Source: Bacteroidales bacterium (GTDB lineage: Bacteria; Bacteroidota; Bacteroidia; Bacteroidales; JAFGXI01). Taken from it: a DNA stretch of 24,000 nt. The stretch spans positions 1 to 24,000 of the forward strand of contig DAOVTE010000011.1 of the NCBI GenBank assembly GCA_030627705.1. The letters are read 5' to 3'. A model generated the notes under the pieces. The model had not been told where the DNA came from, did not search any database, and was given only the letters and a program-made list of their open reading frames with translations. This document shows, in pieces, positions 1-9,056 of this stretch; position 1 is the first letter of the stretch, and each line of letters starts with the position of its first letter. The translations under genes and the position numbers were made by a program.

Positions 1-791
1 ATACAGAACAGATGTTTAAGCAGGGCTTTGTAGAGAGCATAAGTGTTGATCGATTAAAGCTAAACATAATAAGTCTAGAAAACTCTTCTGCATCAATAAA
101 TAGACAAATAGAAATAACTAAAAACTTATTAAAATTTCAATTGGGTGTAGATTTATCAACTAACATTAACCTAAGTCAGAATTCTAGCAGTATTTTATTA
201 CTTAACGATTATAGTTCGCAATCGAATATATTTAATTCAGAAAATCAAATAGAATTTAAGTTAGTTTCTACTCAAGAAAATTTACAATTATTAAGTTTGC
301 AAAGAGAGAAATCCACATTCTTACCACAAGTTTCTGTATTTTATAACCATCAGCAATCTATGATGAGCAATGATTTTGATTTGTTTACAGGAAATAGCGA
401 TTGGTATAATTCAAACATTGTAGGATTAAATATAAATATTCCAATTTTTAGCAGCGGATTACGATATTCAAAAGTATCGCAGGCAAGTTTAGAGCTAGAG
501 AAAGTAAAAAATTCTAAGCAAATGCTTATAAATAGTTTAAATGTTTCTGCTATTCAATCGCAGTTAGAATACAATAATAATTACGAAACATACACAAGAG
601 AAAAACAAAATATTGAGCTTTCTGAAAAAATATTTAATCAAAATACTATTAAATATAAGAATGGAACAATTTCAAGTTTAGAATTTACACAAGCTCAAAT
701 GCAGAATATTTCGGCAAAACAATCATTAAATAAAACAATTTTCGATTTAATAAACTCAAAAATTAAACTTGATAGAATTTATAGTAATTAA
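1..791 (+). CDS. TolC-family outer membrane efflux protein, 5' end cut by the window edge
   Basis: The reading frame is open from nt 3, upstream of the first ATG at 12, so the gene probably starts outside the window. The Q/N/S/L-rich helical repeat pattern is typical of outer membrane efflux proteins. An adaptor gene and an RND pump gene follow on the same strand. The stop is TAA at 789-791. Confidence 0.8.
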   Translation, partial: TEQMFKQGFVESISVDRLKLNIISLENSSASINRQIEITKNLLKFQLGVDLSTNINLSQNSSSILLLNDYSSQSNIFNSENQIEFKLVSTQENLQLLSLQREKSTFLPQVSVFYNHQQSMMSNDFDLFTGNSDWYNSNIVGLNINIPIFSSGLRYSKVSQASLELEKVKNSKQMLINSLNVSAIQSQLEYNNNYETYTREKQNIELSEKIFNQNTIKYKNGTISSLEFTQAQMQNISAKQSLNKTIFDLINSKIKLDRIYSN

Positions 792-1046
792 ATAATTATT
801 TAATGTGTAAATTAAAAAGCACATACCATATTTATCTTAGAGAAGAGAATAAGGGAGATTGAATAAAATAACAAAGTAATCATTACCTCGAAGGAGGTAA
901 ACCGGAAAATAATAATAAATAAAACTTGATACTGGAGAAGTCGGGTATGAAGTAATAAAATTAGAGATAAAGAAAAAAACAAAAATCAATAGCTGAACTC
1001 ACTCTTTATATGTAGAGTATTGTGTGAGGCTTCTTAAACAACAAAA

Positions 1047-2081
1047 ATGAAAAAAATAATACCAATAGTTTTAATAGTATTTGTGCTTATTTCTTGTAAT
1101 AACAAAGAAAGTATAACAGAAGATAAAAGTGTAGAAATTACTAATGTAGAAGGTGTAAAAGTACAAATAATAGAACAAGAAACATTTAAGCGTTTTGTTG
1201 AATTCTCAGGATATTTAAAAGCTGAAAATTATGCTTTTATTAGTCCACAAGCAAGTGGACAAATTACAAATATTTATGTAAATGAGGGCGACTATGTAAG
1301 TAAAGGAAAATTACTAGTACAGTTAAATAATGCAATTATATTAAATACTATTTCTGAAATAAGAAATACACTAGACTTGGCTACAATTACTTTTACAAAG
1401 CAAGAAAACTTGTGGAGTAAGAATATAGGTTCTGAGATTCAATATTTACAATCAAAAAACCAAAAAGTTTCTTTAGAAAGAAAACTAAAAACATTAAATG
1501 CTCAATTGCAATTGACAAAAATTAAGGCTCCGTTCTCTGGCTATGTAGATAATATTAGATTTAAAGTTGGTGAGCTTGCATCACCAGGTATTCAGCTGCT
1601 AGAAATGGTTAACCTTAATAAGATGATTGTAAGCGTAGATGTATCTGAAAAATATTTATCAAGGTTTGATAAAGGTGATAGCGTAAAAATAACATTCCCT
1701 GATTTTACAGAGCTAGAAAAAGCATCAGTAATATATAGGATAGGTAATATTATTAATCCAGCAAATAGAACGTTTAAAGTAGAAGTTAAAATTAAGAATA
1801 AAGGCGAGCAATTAAAACCAAATCTTATTGCAAATATTACCATTAATGATTTAACAATAGATAGCGCAATAATAATACCCTCTATATCAATCAAAAATGA
1901 CTTTGATAGACAGTTTGTTTATATTGCTGAAAATAATCTTGCGAAAAAAATATATATAGAAACAGGAGCATCGCATATAGATAAAACAGTTGTAACCAAA
2001 GGTTTAAACTCTGGAGATAAAGTTATAATTGTTGGATATAATTTAGTATCTGATAATTCTGAAATTAGAATAGATAAATAG
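1047..2081 (+). CDS. Efflux RND transporter periplasmic adaptor subunit (MFP/HlyD family), lipoprotein
   Basis: The 344-aa ORF has an N-terminal lipoprotein-type signal ending in LISC. It has a lipoyl-like hairpin motif (GQITNIYVNEGDYVSKGKLLVQL ... IKAPFSGYV), a short coiled-coil segment and a C-terminal beta-barrel-like region. It lies directly upstream of the RND permease gene. Confidence 0.9.
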   Translation: MKKIIPIVLIVFVLISCNNKESITEDKSVEITNVEGVKVQIIEQETFKRFVEFSGYLKAENYAFISPQASGQITNIYVNEGDYVSKGKLLVQLNNAIILNTISEIRNTLDLATITFTKQENLWSKNIGSEIQYLQSKNQKVSLERKLKTLNAQLQLTKIKAPFSGYVDNIRFKVGELASPGIQLLEMVNLNKMIVSVDVSEKYLSRFDKGDSVKITFPDFTELEKASVIYRIGNIINPANRTFKVEVKIKNKGEQLKPNLIANITINDLTIDSAIIIPSISIKNDFDRQFVYIAENNLAKKIYIETGASHIDKTVVTKGLNSGDKVIIVGYNLVSDNSEIRIDK

Positions 2082-2128
2082 ATAAACCAATTCTTATAAT
2101 TTACAACTTGTAACTTTAAACTAAAAAA

Positions 2129-5100
2129 ATGTCCGAAAATAAGAAACGAGAATTTAAGTTAACTACTCTAGCACTTAAAAATAAAACTTCTATATTAATT
2201 CTAACTTTTTTAATTACAGTAGTTGGAATAATGTCTTATAAACAATTACCAAAAGAGCTTTTTCCAGAAGTTGTTGTCCCATATATTATGGTTCAAACTG
2301 CGTATCCAGGAAATAATCCAGAGGATATAGAAAACTTAGTAACTAGGCCAATAGAAAAAGAAATAGATGGAATAAAAGGTTTAAAAAAGCTAAGCTCTAC
2401 ATCTATGCAAGATGTTTCGTTAATATCATTAGAATTTACTTTTGATACAGATATAAAAGATGCTTTACAAGATGTTAAAGATGCTGTTGATAAAGCAAAA
2501 AATGAGCTTCCTAACGATTTACCAAACGATCCTTTGGTACAAGATATAGATTTCTCTGAATTTCCATTTATTAATGTAAATATATCTGGAGCTTATAGTA
2601 TAGATGAGCTTAAAAAATATGCAGATATATTAGAAGATGAGTTTAAAGGAATTGAAGAAGTTTCAAAAGTAATTATTCAGGGAATCTCCGATAAAGAAGT
2701 TCGTGTAAGTATAAATCAACATAAGTTAGAAGCTTTTAACATGAGTTTTGGCGATGTAGAAGGTGCAATTTCTCAAGAAAATGTATCAGTTGGCGGAGGG
2801 GAAATTAAAATTGGAGATACAAGGCGCTCTGTACGTACAGTTGGCGAGTTTACCGATATTGAGCAAATTAGAAATATTATTGTAAAGCACGAAAAAGGTA
2901 ATATAGTTTATATGCGAGATGTTGCCGAAGTAGAATTCGGATACGAAGAAGCAAAAAGTATTTCTAGATTAGGCGATAGCCCAGTGTTATCATTACAGAT
3001 AATAAAAAAATCAGGCGAGAACTTATTATCTGCATCAGATAAAGCTCACGAGATTATTAAAACTGTTAAAAAAGAAAGCCTAGTTCCTCAAGACTTAAAT
3101 ATAATAGCAACAAACGATCAATCAGATATGATTAGAAAACAACTTTCTAATCTAGAAAACTCTATGTATATGAGTATTATTTTTGTAGTTATTGTTTTAT
3201 TCTTTTTTCTAGGAACAAGAAATGCAATTTTTGTTGGCTTAGCTATTCCTTTATCAATGTTTTTATCGTTTGCAGTACTTGGTTTATTAGGATTAAAAAT
3301 AAATATGGTTGTACTATTTGGCCTAATTCTAGCCTTGGGTATGCTAGTAGACAATGCTATTGTAGTTGTAGAAAATATTTACAGGTTTAAAGATGAAGGA
3401 TATTCAAATTTCGATTCTGCAAAATATGCTGTTGGTGAGGTTGCAGTACCAATAATTGCCTCAACAGCTACAACGCTAGCTGCATTTTTTCCTTTACTCT
3501 TTTGGGATAGTTTAATGGGAGAGTTTATGAAATATATGCCAATAACTTTAATAATAGTACTTTCTTCGTCACTTTTTGTAGCACTTGTGATAAATCCAGT
3601 AATTTCTTCAATGTTGATTAAATCATCTAGTGAAACTGAAGAAATAAACAAACCTAAAGCAATAAAAATAGGGTTAATATTAATTGCTCTTTCCATTCCA
3701 TTTTATATTTTTAATTTATTTGTTCTAGCAAATTTATTAGCTATAGCAGCTGTAATAACTTTCTTAAATCTAATTATTTTTAATAAAATTGGAAGGTGGT
3801 TTCAGAATATTTTCTTAGAAAAGCTAGAAGGTTGGTATCTTAAAATATTAACTTTCTCAATCAAAGGTAAGAAGCCTTATTTTATTATTCTGGGTGCTTT
3901 TTTATTATTAATAGGAACAATATTTTTATTAAAAGTATCAAATCCAAACATTATTTTCTTTCCAGATGGCGAACCTAATTACATAAATATAAAGGCTGAT
4001 TTGCCTATTGGTACAGATATTACAAAAACTGACGAATTTGCAAAAAGTCTTTACAAAGATGTTTTCGAGATAGTAAAATCCGACACATCAATAATAAAAT
4101 CTATAGTTACAAATGTTGGTAAAGGTGCTAAAACGCAAGACGCAATTGGTGGTTCAGAACCAGAAATTTTTAATAGTTTAATTACTATATCGTTTGTAGA
4201 TTTCGAGAATAGGGGAGATTATAGTACAGGTGTAATTCTTAAAAGGCTATCAGATAAATTGATAAACAAGTACGCTGGAGTAAAAGTGTCAATAAGTAAA
4301 GAAAAAAGTGGGCCACCAACAGGAAAACCTATAAATCTTGAAATTATTGGTAAAGATTACGATAAACTTATTGTGCTAACTGATAGTGTGAAGAATATAA
4401 TAAATTTAGAAAATATTCCTGGCATTGAGGGGCTGAATATTGATTTAGATTTGGGTAAACCAGAAATGATTATTCATATTAGACGAGATCAAGCTCGTAG
4501 ATTTGGGCTTTCTACAGGTATGATAGCATCAACAATTAGAACTTCGCTTTTCGGAAAAGAAGTTTCAGATTTTAAAGAGGGCGAAGACGAATACCCTATA
4601 AATATTAGGCTAACCGAGAAGCAACGTTATAGTATTCCAACACTTATGAATCAAAAAATTACGTTTAGAAATAAGCGTGGTAAATTAATGCAAGTTCCTG
4701 TTTCTGCTGTTGCTGATTTTTCCTACAATACTACTTATGGTGCGGTTAAAAGAAAAAACTTAGATAGAGTAATTACAATATATTCAAATATATTAAATGG
4801 GTATAATGCCAATGAAATTAATGCAGAGTTAAAAGAGATTCTAGCAAAAAATGAGAATATTTTTCCTGAAGGTTACAATTATAAATTTACAGGTGAACAA
4901 GAAGAGCAAGCTGAAAGCATGGCGTTTTTAGCAACAGCATTTTCAATTGCTGTAGCAATAATTATGTTAATTCTCGTTTCTCAATTTAACTCAATTATTA
5001 AGCCATTAATAATAATAACAAGCGTAATACTTAGTACTATTGGAGTATTTGGCGGAATTGCTACATTCGGAATGGATATAGTTATTGTAATGACAGGTAT

Positions 5101-5536
5101 TGGTATTGTATCACTTGCTGGGGTGGTGGTTAATAATGCAATTGTATTAATAGATTACGTTGATTTATTAAAAGCAAAACGAAGGGATGAGTTAGGATTA
5201 AAAGAAAACGAATTCTTACCAATCGAAGATGCTACAAACTGTATAGTTCAAGGTGGTAAAACTAGGCTTAGACCAGTTCTGCTTACAGCAATTACAACAA
5301 TTCTTGGATTACTACCAATGGCCGTTGGTTTAAATATTGATTTTGCAAGTGCTTTGGGAGAATTTAATCCACATATAAGTTTTGGTGGAGATATGGCTGC
5401 AATGTGGTCGCCACTTTCATGGACAATAATTTTTGGACTTACATTTGCAACTTTTTTAACTCTTGTGATTGTTCCTGTAATGTATAGGATTTCTATTCAA
5501 ATTCAGATTAAGGTAAGCAGGTTGTTTGCAGGATAG
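2129..5536 (+). CDS. RND efflux permease (AcrB/CzcA-type), 1135 aa
   Basis: The protein has two homologous halves, each with a large periplasmic loop. The TM4-region motif is LALGMLVDNAIVVVENI and the TM10-region motif is GVVVNNAIVLIDY. The segment IGRWFQNIFLEKLEGWY aligns by eye to the AcrB segment FFGWFNRMFEKSTHHY that precedes TM7. Confidence 0.95.
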   Translation: MSENKKREFKLTTLALKNKTSILILTFLITVVGIMSYKQLPKELFPEVVVPYIMVQTAYPGNNPEDIENLVTRPIEKEIDGIKGLKKLSSTSMQDVSLISLEFTFDTDIKDALQDVKDAVDKAKNELPNDLPNDPLVQDIDFSEFPFINVNISGAYSIDELKKYADILEDEFKGIEEVSKVIIQGISDKEVRVSINQHKLEAFNMSFGDVEGAISQENVSVGGGEIKIGDTRRSVRTVGEFTDIEQIRNIIVKHEKGNIVYMRDVAEVEFGYEEAKSISRLGDSPVLSLQIIKKSGENLLSASDKAHEIIKTVKKESLVPQDLNIIATNDQSDMIRKQLSNLENSMYMSIIFVVIVLFFFLGTRNAIFVGLAIPLSMFLSFAVLGLLGLKINMVVLFGLILALGMLVDNAIVVVENIYRFKDEGYSNFDSAKYAVGEVAVPIIASTATTLAAFFPLLFWDSLMGEFMKYMPITLIIVLSSSLFVALVINPVISSMLIKSSSETEEINKPKAIKIGLILIALSIPFYIFNLFVLANLLAIAAVITFLNLIIFNKIGRWFQNIFLEKLEGWYLKILTFSIKGKKPYFIILGAFLLLIGTIFLLKVSNPNIIFFPDGEPNYINIKADLPIGTDITKTDEFAKSLYKDVFEIVKSDTSIIKSIVTNVGKGAKTQDAIGGSEPEIFNSLITISFVDFENRGDYSTGVILKRLSDKLINKYAGVKVSISKEKSGPPTGKPINLEIIGKDYDKLIVLTDSVKNIINLENIPGIEGLNIDLDLGKPEMIIHIRRDQARRFGLSTGMIASTIRTSLFGKEVSDFKEGEDEYPINIRLTEKQRYSIPTLMNQKITFRNKRGKLMQVPVSAVADFSYNTTYGAVKRKNLDRVITIYSNILNGYNANEINAELKEILAKNENIFPEGYNYKFTGEQEEQAESMAFLATAFSIAVAIIMLILVSQFNSIIKPLIIITSVILSTIGVFGGIATFGMDIVIVMTGIGIVSLAGVVVNNAIVLIDYVDLLKAKRRDELGLKENEFLPIEDATNCIVQGGKTRLRPVLLTAITTILGLLPMAVGLNIDFASALGEFNPHISFGGDMAAMWSPLSWTIIFGLTFATFLTLVIVPVMYRISIQIQIKVSRLFAG

Positions 5537-5560
5537 AAATAATAACAAAATCAACCGAAG

Positions 5561-5730
5561 CTGTCATGTCTTGCAAAGTCGAGATATCTCAAAATTACTA
5601 CTTGTCATGCCGAGTGTAATCGAGATATCTCATGCTAGGAACCTCTTTTAACAGGTTTCTCCACTGTGGTCGAAACGAAAAACCAAGCCAAAAAACCCCT
5701 CTCTTTTGGAGAGGGGTTGGGGTGAGGCTT
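5561..5730. repeat. Array of Bacteroidota-style intergenic repeat modules
   Basis: Two imperfect copies of TGTCATG-N12-CGAGATATCTCA lie 41 bp apart, with TGTCATG at 5562 and 5603. Each contains a perfect 10-bp palindrome GAGATATCTC (5581-5590 and 5622-5631). A CCACTGTGGTCGAAACG module follows, then a CCCCTCTC...GAGAGGGGTTGGGGTGAGG module. From memory, these resemble repeat modules that recur in intergenic DNA of many Bacteroidota. I could not count copies in this genome. Confidence 0.55.
5694..5718 (-). terminator. Intrinsic terminator hairpin
   Basis: A 10-bp perfect stem joins AACCCCTCTC (5694-5703) to GAGAGGGGTT (5709-5718) across the loop TTTTG. On the minus strand the GC-rich stem runs straight into TTTTTTGG, which is the classical rho-independent form. 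On the plus strand no T-run follows immediately, so any role in ending the RND operon is less certain. Confidence 0.6.
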
Positions 5731-5755
5731 TTAAACCAAAAAAAATACTTGAGTT

Positions 5756-5877
5756 CTAATCATTTGTTCTATCAAAAAATTCTCGATTAGTAATGCTAAT
5801 ATTGTTAATTCCAAGGTGAGAATTATCGATAATATAATATACACCACCCCAATTATGCTCTACTTTTTAAAATATAG
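5756..5877 (-). pseudogene. Orphan 3' gene fragment (40 codons) homologous to the C-terminus of the 7549-8364 protein; direct repeat copy A
   Basis: By my hand alignment, 112 of 122 nt match 7549-7670. The minus-strand translation is IF*KVEHNWGGVYYIIDNSHLGINNISITNREFFDRTND*, against IYLKVEHNWGGVYYFIDNSHLGINNISITNREFFDRTKD* in the intact gene. The fragment has an in-frame stop near its 5' end and no start codon. Confidence 0.85.
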
Positions 5878-5881
5878 AGCG

Positions 5882-7450
5882 TTATTGTTTTATTATTTTA
5901 TTACTATAAATAACATTTTCATTATCTAGTAGTCTACATAGGAATATTCCTGTTTTTAATGAGCTAATATCTAATGTTGTATTAGTATTTGTTATTTTAC
6001 TTTCAAATACTTTTCTTCCTGTAATATCATACATTTCAAAAACAGCTGTACCTTTGTGTGAAGTGTTAATATTTAATTTATTATAAGCAGGGTTTGGATA
6101 AAAATTATTCTCTGTTAAGTTAACCGCTTCTATATAAGTAATTAATTGACTTTCAAATGCACCCATATCAATTCTATTTTCGAAAATTCTAGGATTTCCA
6201 ACAATATCTGTGGCTGGAATATTTAATCCTATTGTATCTGGTGTTCCTCTATTAATACAATATGAGTTATCTTGAAGAGACCAGTCAGCAATTTCAGCAT
6301 TATAACCTAACCCAGCATCAATAGTTGGTTGAACAAATAATGGTAAAGTATCAATATTTCCTAACCCACTGTACCCATATTGTATATTATTATATTTTAT
6401 ATAATATGGGCTTGCACCAAGCCCAGCATATATTTGAGTAGTATCAGTAGTGTCATAATTTATGTTTCACCACATTTTATTATTTTTGGTGTTTAAACGG
6501 TATCTTTAACAATGTATGCCTCCTAATTGTGAATTATTACAAATAGTATTATTTATATATTCTCCATACCCCAATTGATGTCCATTAAAAATACCACCAC
6601 CATAATTATTACATATTAGATTATTAATAATTTTAATATTACGATTACTTTCATATATTCCTCCTCCATTATTAGCTTTATTATTAAAGAATTTATTATT
6701 AACAACATAAGGACAATAGGAGTTTAAGTTAGCGGAAGACGAATAAATTCCTCCTCCTGAACCTCCAACAATATGCCCAGCAATATTATATGCAAAAATA
6801 TTACCGTAAACAATTGTGTTACAATTAGTTCCGATATAAATACCACCGCCTTGGTAAAATGATATGTTTCTTATAAAACGATTATTTTTAATTACAATAG
6901 AAGATTCCAATCCGCAATAAATACCTCCACCATTTTCATTCACAATATTATTTGTAAATAAAGAATTTGAAATAATTACATTAGAAAATTTATAAATATA
7001 AATAGCTCCACCAGAATCATCAGTAAGTGTATCGCCCACAGCTTTACCGTAAATAAATTTACAATATATTAATTTTGATGTATCATTTGTGGATGGTGTA
7101 TTATCAAAATGAATACCGTTCCAACCTCCATTAACTATACTCGTATTAGCAAATCCTGTTGTATCACTTACTGAAAAAGAAATTGTATCATTAATTTCTC
7201 CAATTGCCAATATACGACCTTGAACATTCAATTTATAATATCCTTGAAATTCTACATATGTACCTTGCTGGATAGTTAATGTAATTCCGTTTAAAATATT
7301 TACATCACCAATTACTTTAACTGTATCTACATTTAATACAGTATCGGTGCTTATTATGCCTTGCAAACTAATAGTTTGTGCTTTAATATTTATTGTTGTA
7401 AATAACTCAATAATGATAGCTAAAATAATGATTTTCGAAATTGTTCTCAT
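5882..7450 (-). pseudogene. T9SS-sorted parallel beta-helix protein, interrupted by two in-frame stops
   Basis: ORFs 6506-7450 and 5882-6166 are in the same frame (6506-5882 = 624 = 208 codons). The frame stays open from 6466 down to 5882. The N-terminus has a signal peptide (MRTISKIIILAIIIELFTTINIKAQ). Repeated GGGIY/GGAIY/NN motifs indicate right-handed beta-helix repeats. The segment GNPRIFENRIDMGAFE is the usual end-of-helix motif. The last ~80 aa (YPNPAYNKL ... GIFLCRL ... KIIKQ) fit a T9SS type-A C-terminal sorting domain. In-frame TAA lies at 6506-6508 and TGA at 6467-6469. Confidence 0.8.
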
Positions 7451-7548
7451 AGTTAAATTTTTAAATATTGTAAGTAATAAAATAGGACTAATGCAATATA
7501 GACAAAAAATAACAGAAATAGTTGTATAATAAAAAAAATGCTTGATTT

Positions 7549-7670
7549 TTAATCCTTTGTTCTATCAAAAAACTCTCTATTAGTGATACTAATATTGTTA
7601 ATTCCAAGGTGAGAATTATCGATAAAATAATATACACCACCCCAATTATGCTCTACTTTTAAGTATATAG
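7549..7670 (-). repeat. Direct repeat copy B (3' end of the intact gene 7549-8364)
   Basis: This is the 122-bp partner of 5756-5877. The two copies bracket the 1671-bp segment 5878-7548, which holds the beta-helix pseudogene and its 98-bp upstream region. Confidence 0.85.
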
Positions 7671-8364
7671 TAACTCTATTGTTTTTGTTGATTACAACTT
7701 TTGTAGTATTCTTATTCTTGCTTTTTATGTATTCAGTTGTTTTTGAATCTGGATATTTAGTAAGCATTTTTTTGTTAGCCTCTTCTTGATTTATTACGGG
7801 CTTTGCTTTTTTTATTTCTTTTACTTCTTCTTTCTTAACAGGCTTTTTAATAGTAACTTTTGCCTGTGGTTGTTCTTTTATTGTGTCTTTTACAGCAAAG
7901 AAATCAGTCTTAAGTTCTTTAATTTTTGGTTCTTCTTGGGTAATAAATGGTTCTACTTTAAGTTCTTTTATAATAGTATCAGCAACAATATGTTCTTCTT
8001 TTTTTATTGTTTCAGGAATATCATATAGAACAATTTCTTCCTCTATATCTTCTTCGGCAATTTTTTCTTCAACTTTATCAATTATTGTTATTGCTTCTTG
8101 TCTATTCGAAGCAATATCGTACTTAATAAAAATAGTGATAATATCTTCTATTCTAAATTTTGCTAATTTCTTTTCTGGCTTTATTTTTAATGCAGATTTA
8201 TAGTATGCTACAGACTCTTTATAATGTTTTTCTGAATATAATTTATTAGCTATATTAATTGTTCTATCATACAATTTATTAATTGAGTCATTTTTTTCTT
8301 CAAATTGTGCAAAAGAACTATTTATACTAAGAAAAGCTATTATAATAAATATGATTTTATACAT
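7549..8364 (-). CDS. Secreted hypothetical protein: signal peptide, one TPR-like motif, a long Lys/Glu-rich linker and a conserved-looking C-terminal domain
   Basis: The 271-aa ORF starts with the signal peptide MYKIIFIIIAFLSINSSFAQ. It has a TPR-like segment (YSEKHYKESVAYYKSALKIKPE) and a low-complexity E/K/I-rich middle. The C-terminus is KYPDSKTTEY...VEHNWGGVYYFIDN. I do not recognise a function. Confidence 0.7.
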   Translation of the reverse strand: MYKIIFIIIAFLSINSSFAQFEEKNDSINKLYDRTINIANKLYSEKHYKESVAYYKSALKIKPEKKLAKFRIEDIITIFIKYDIASNRQEAITIIDKVEEKIAEEDIEEEIVLYDIPETIKKEEHIVADTIIKELKVEPFITQEEPKIKELKTDFFAVKDTIKEQPQAKVTIKKPVKKEEVKEIKKAKPVINQEEANKKMLTKYPDSKTTEYIKSKNKNTTKVVINKNNRVTIYLKVEHNWGGVYYFIDNSHLGINNISITNREFFDRTKD

Positions 8365-8444
8365 TTTATATTTCTTATTAAAACTATTGGTTAAATCATA
8401 AATTATACCAGTTTTTGTAAACTACATAAACAATAATTTTTTAA

Positions 8445-9056
8445 TTATTTGTTTATCTTTTTTATTACACCTTTATACATCAAAAGTATAGAAAAAATAG
8501 TAATAATATGGCTAATATCGTTATGATTAAACCATTGTTCGTCTATTGATATTTTTTTCCAGTGAATAAAAATAGAAGATAGAGAAACTAAAATTCCATA
8601 AACAAGATATTTTCTTTGTGTATTAAAACTTGTAATAATATTTGTAATCATAACAAATCCTAATAAACCAATAACTACACTTATTTTGATATATGTAAAT
8701 GAATTAAAATAAGCTGCTAACGCAGAAAATACAATAAACTGTATAATAAAAGCTATTTTTAGAAGCTTTTTGTTTTTTAATTGTAAAAAATTTAAAGTTT
8801 CTTTTTCTGCAAACAATATTGAGATATTTAATATTATCCAAGAAATAATTTTTAACGAATCTCCAAATACATAACTAAACCCATGACCAAAACTTCCAAT
8901 AATAGCAGATAACCCCATAAATAGCATGAAATATCCCCAGTCATAATTCTTATTATTAAATAATTTTTTGCTTAAAATAATTGCAACAATTCCAAGAATA
9001 ATATCGGTAATTAGTGTCGACGGCTCTAAAACTTTTAAAGATAATATATCTATCAT
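8445..9056 (-). CDS. Hypothetical integral membrane protein, about 7 TM segments
   Basis: The 203-aa ORF has about seven hydrophobic segments by eye. His-containing motifs GSFGHGFS and WFNHNDISHI lie near or within predicted helices. Its ATG overlaps the upstream stop as TAATG at 9054-9058. Confidence 0.65.
   Translation of the reverse strand: MIDILSLKVLEPSTLITDIILGIVAIILSKKLFNNKNYDWGYFMLFMGLSAIIGSFGHGFSYVFGDSLKIISWIILNISILFAEKETLNFLQLKNKKLLKIAFIIQFIVFSALAAYFNSFTYIKISVVIGLLGFVMITNIITSFNTQRKYLVYGILVSLSSIFIHWKKISIDEQWFNHNDISHIITIFSILLMYKGVIKKINK

Noticed and set aside
792-1046. A 255-bp non-coding gap inside the TolC-adaptor-RND operon, with a purine-rich stretch and a 7-bp-stem hairpin TTACCTC-GAAG-GAGGTAA (883-900); considered as a riboswitch or sRNA
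   Set aside because: I could not match it to any riboswitch consensus I know, including the guanidine, fluoride and preQ1 classes. A single short hairpin is weak evidence. An internal promoter or spacer is more likely.
1592-3696. ORFs 1592-1894(-), 3118-3354(-) and 3379-3696(-), antisense to the adaptor and RND genes
   Set aside because: They lie entirely inside much longer, clearly homologous genes on the other strand. Their translations are low-complexity I/S/F/L-rich mirror products typical of AT-rich antisense frames.
6467-6508. An alternative genetic code (TGA or TAA as sense) to explain the in-frame stops in the beta-helix gene
   Set aside because: The other genes I checked end at TAA or TAG, and long genes such as the 1135-aa RND pump are uninterrupted under the standard code. 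Two different stop codons would both need reassignment. A pseudogene or a sequence error is the simpler explanation.
7347-8203. ORFs 7347-7529(+), 7786-8028(+) and 7883-8203(+)
   Set aside because: They overlap the beta-helix gene start or the 7549-8364 gene on the opposite strand. Their F/S/I-rich translations mirror the K/E-rich coding strand, and nothing supports them as genes.
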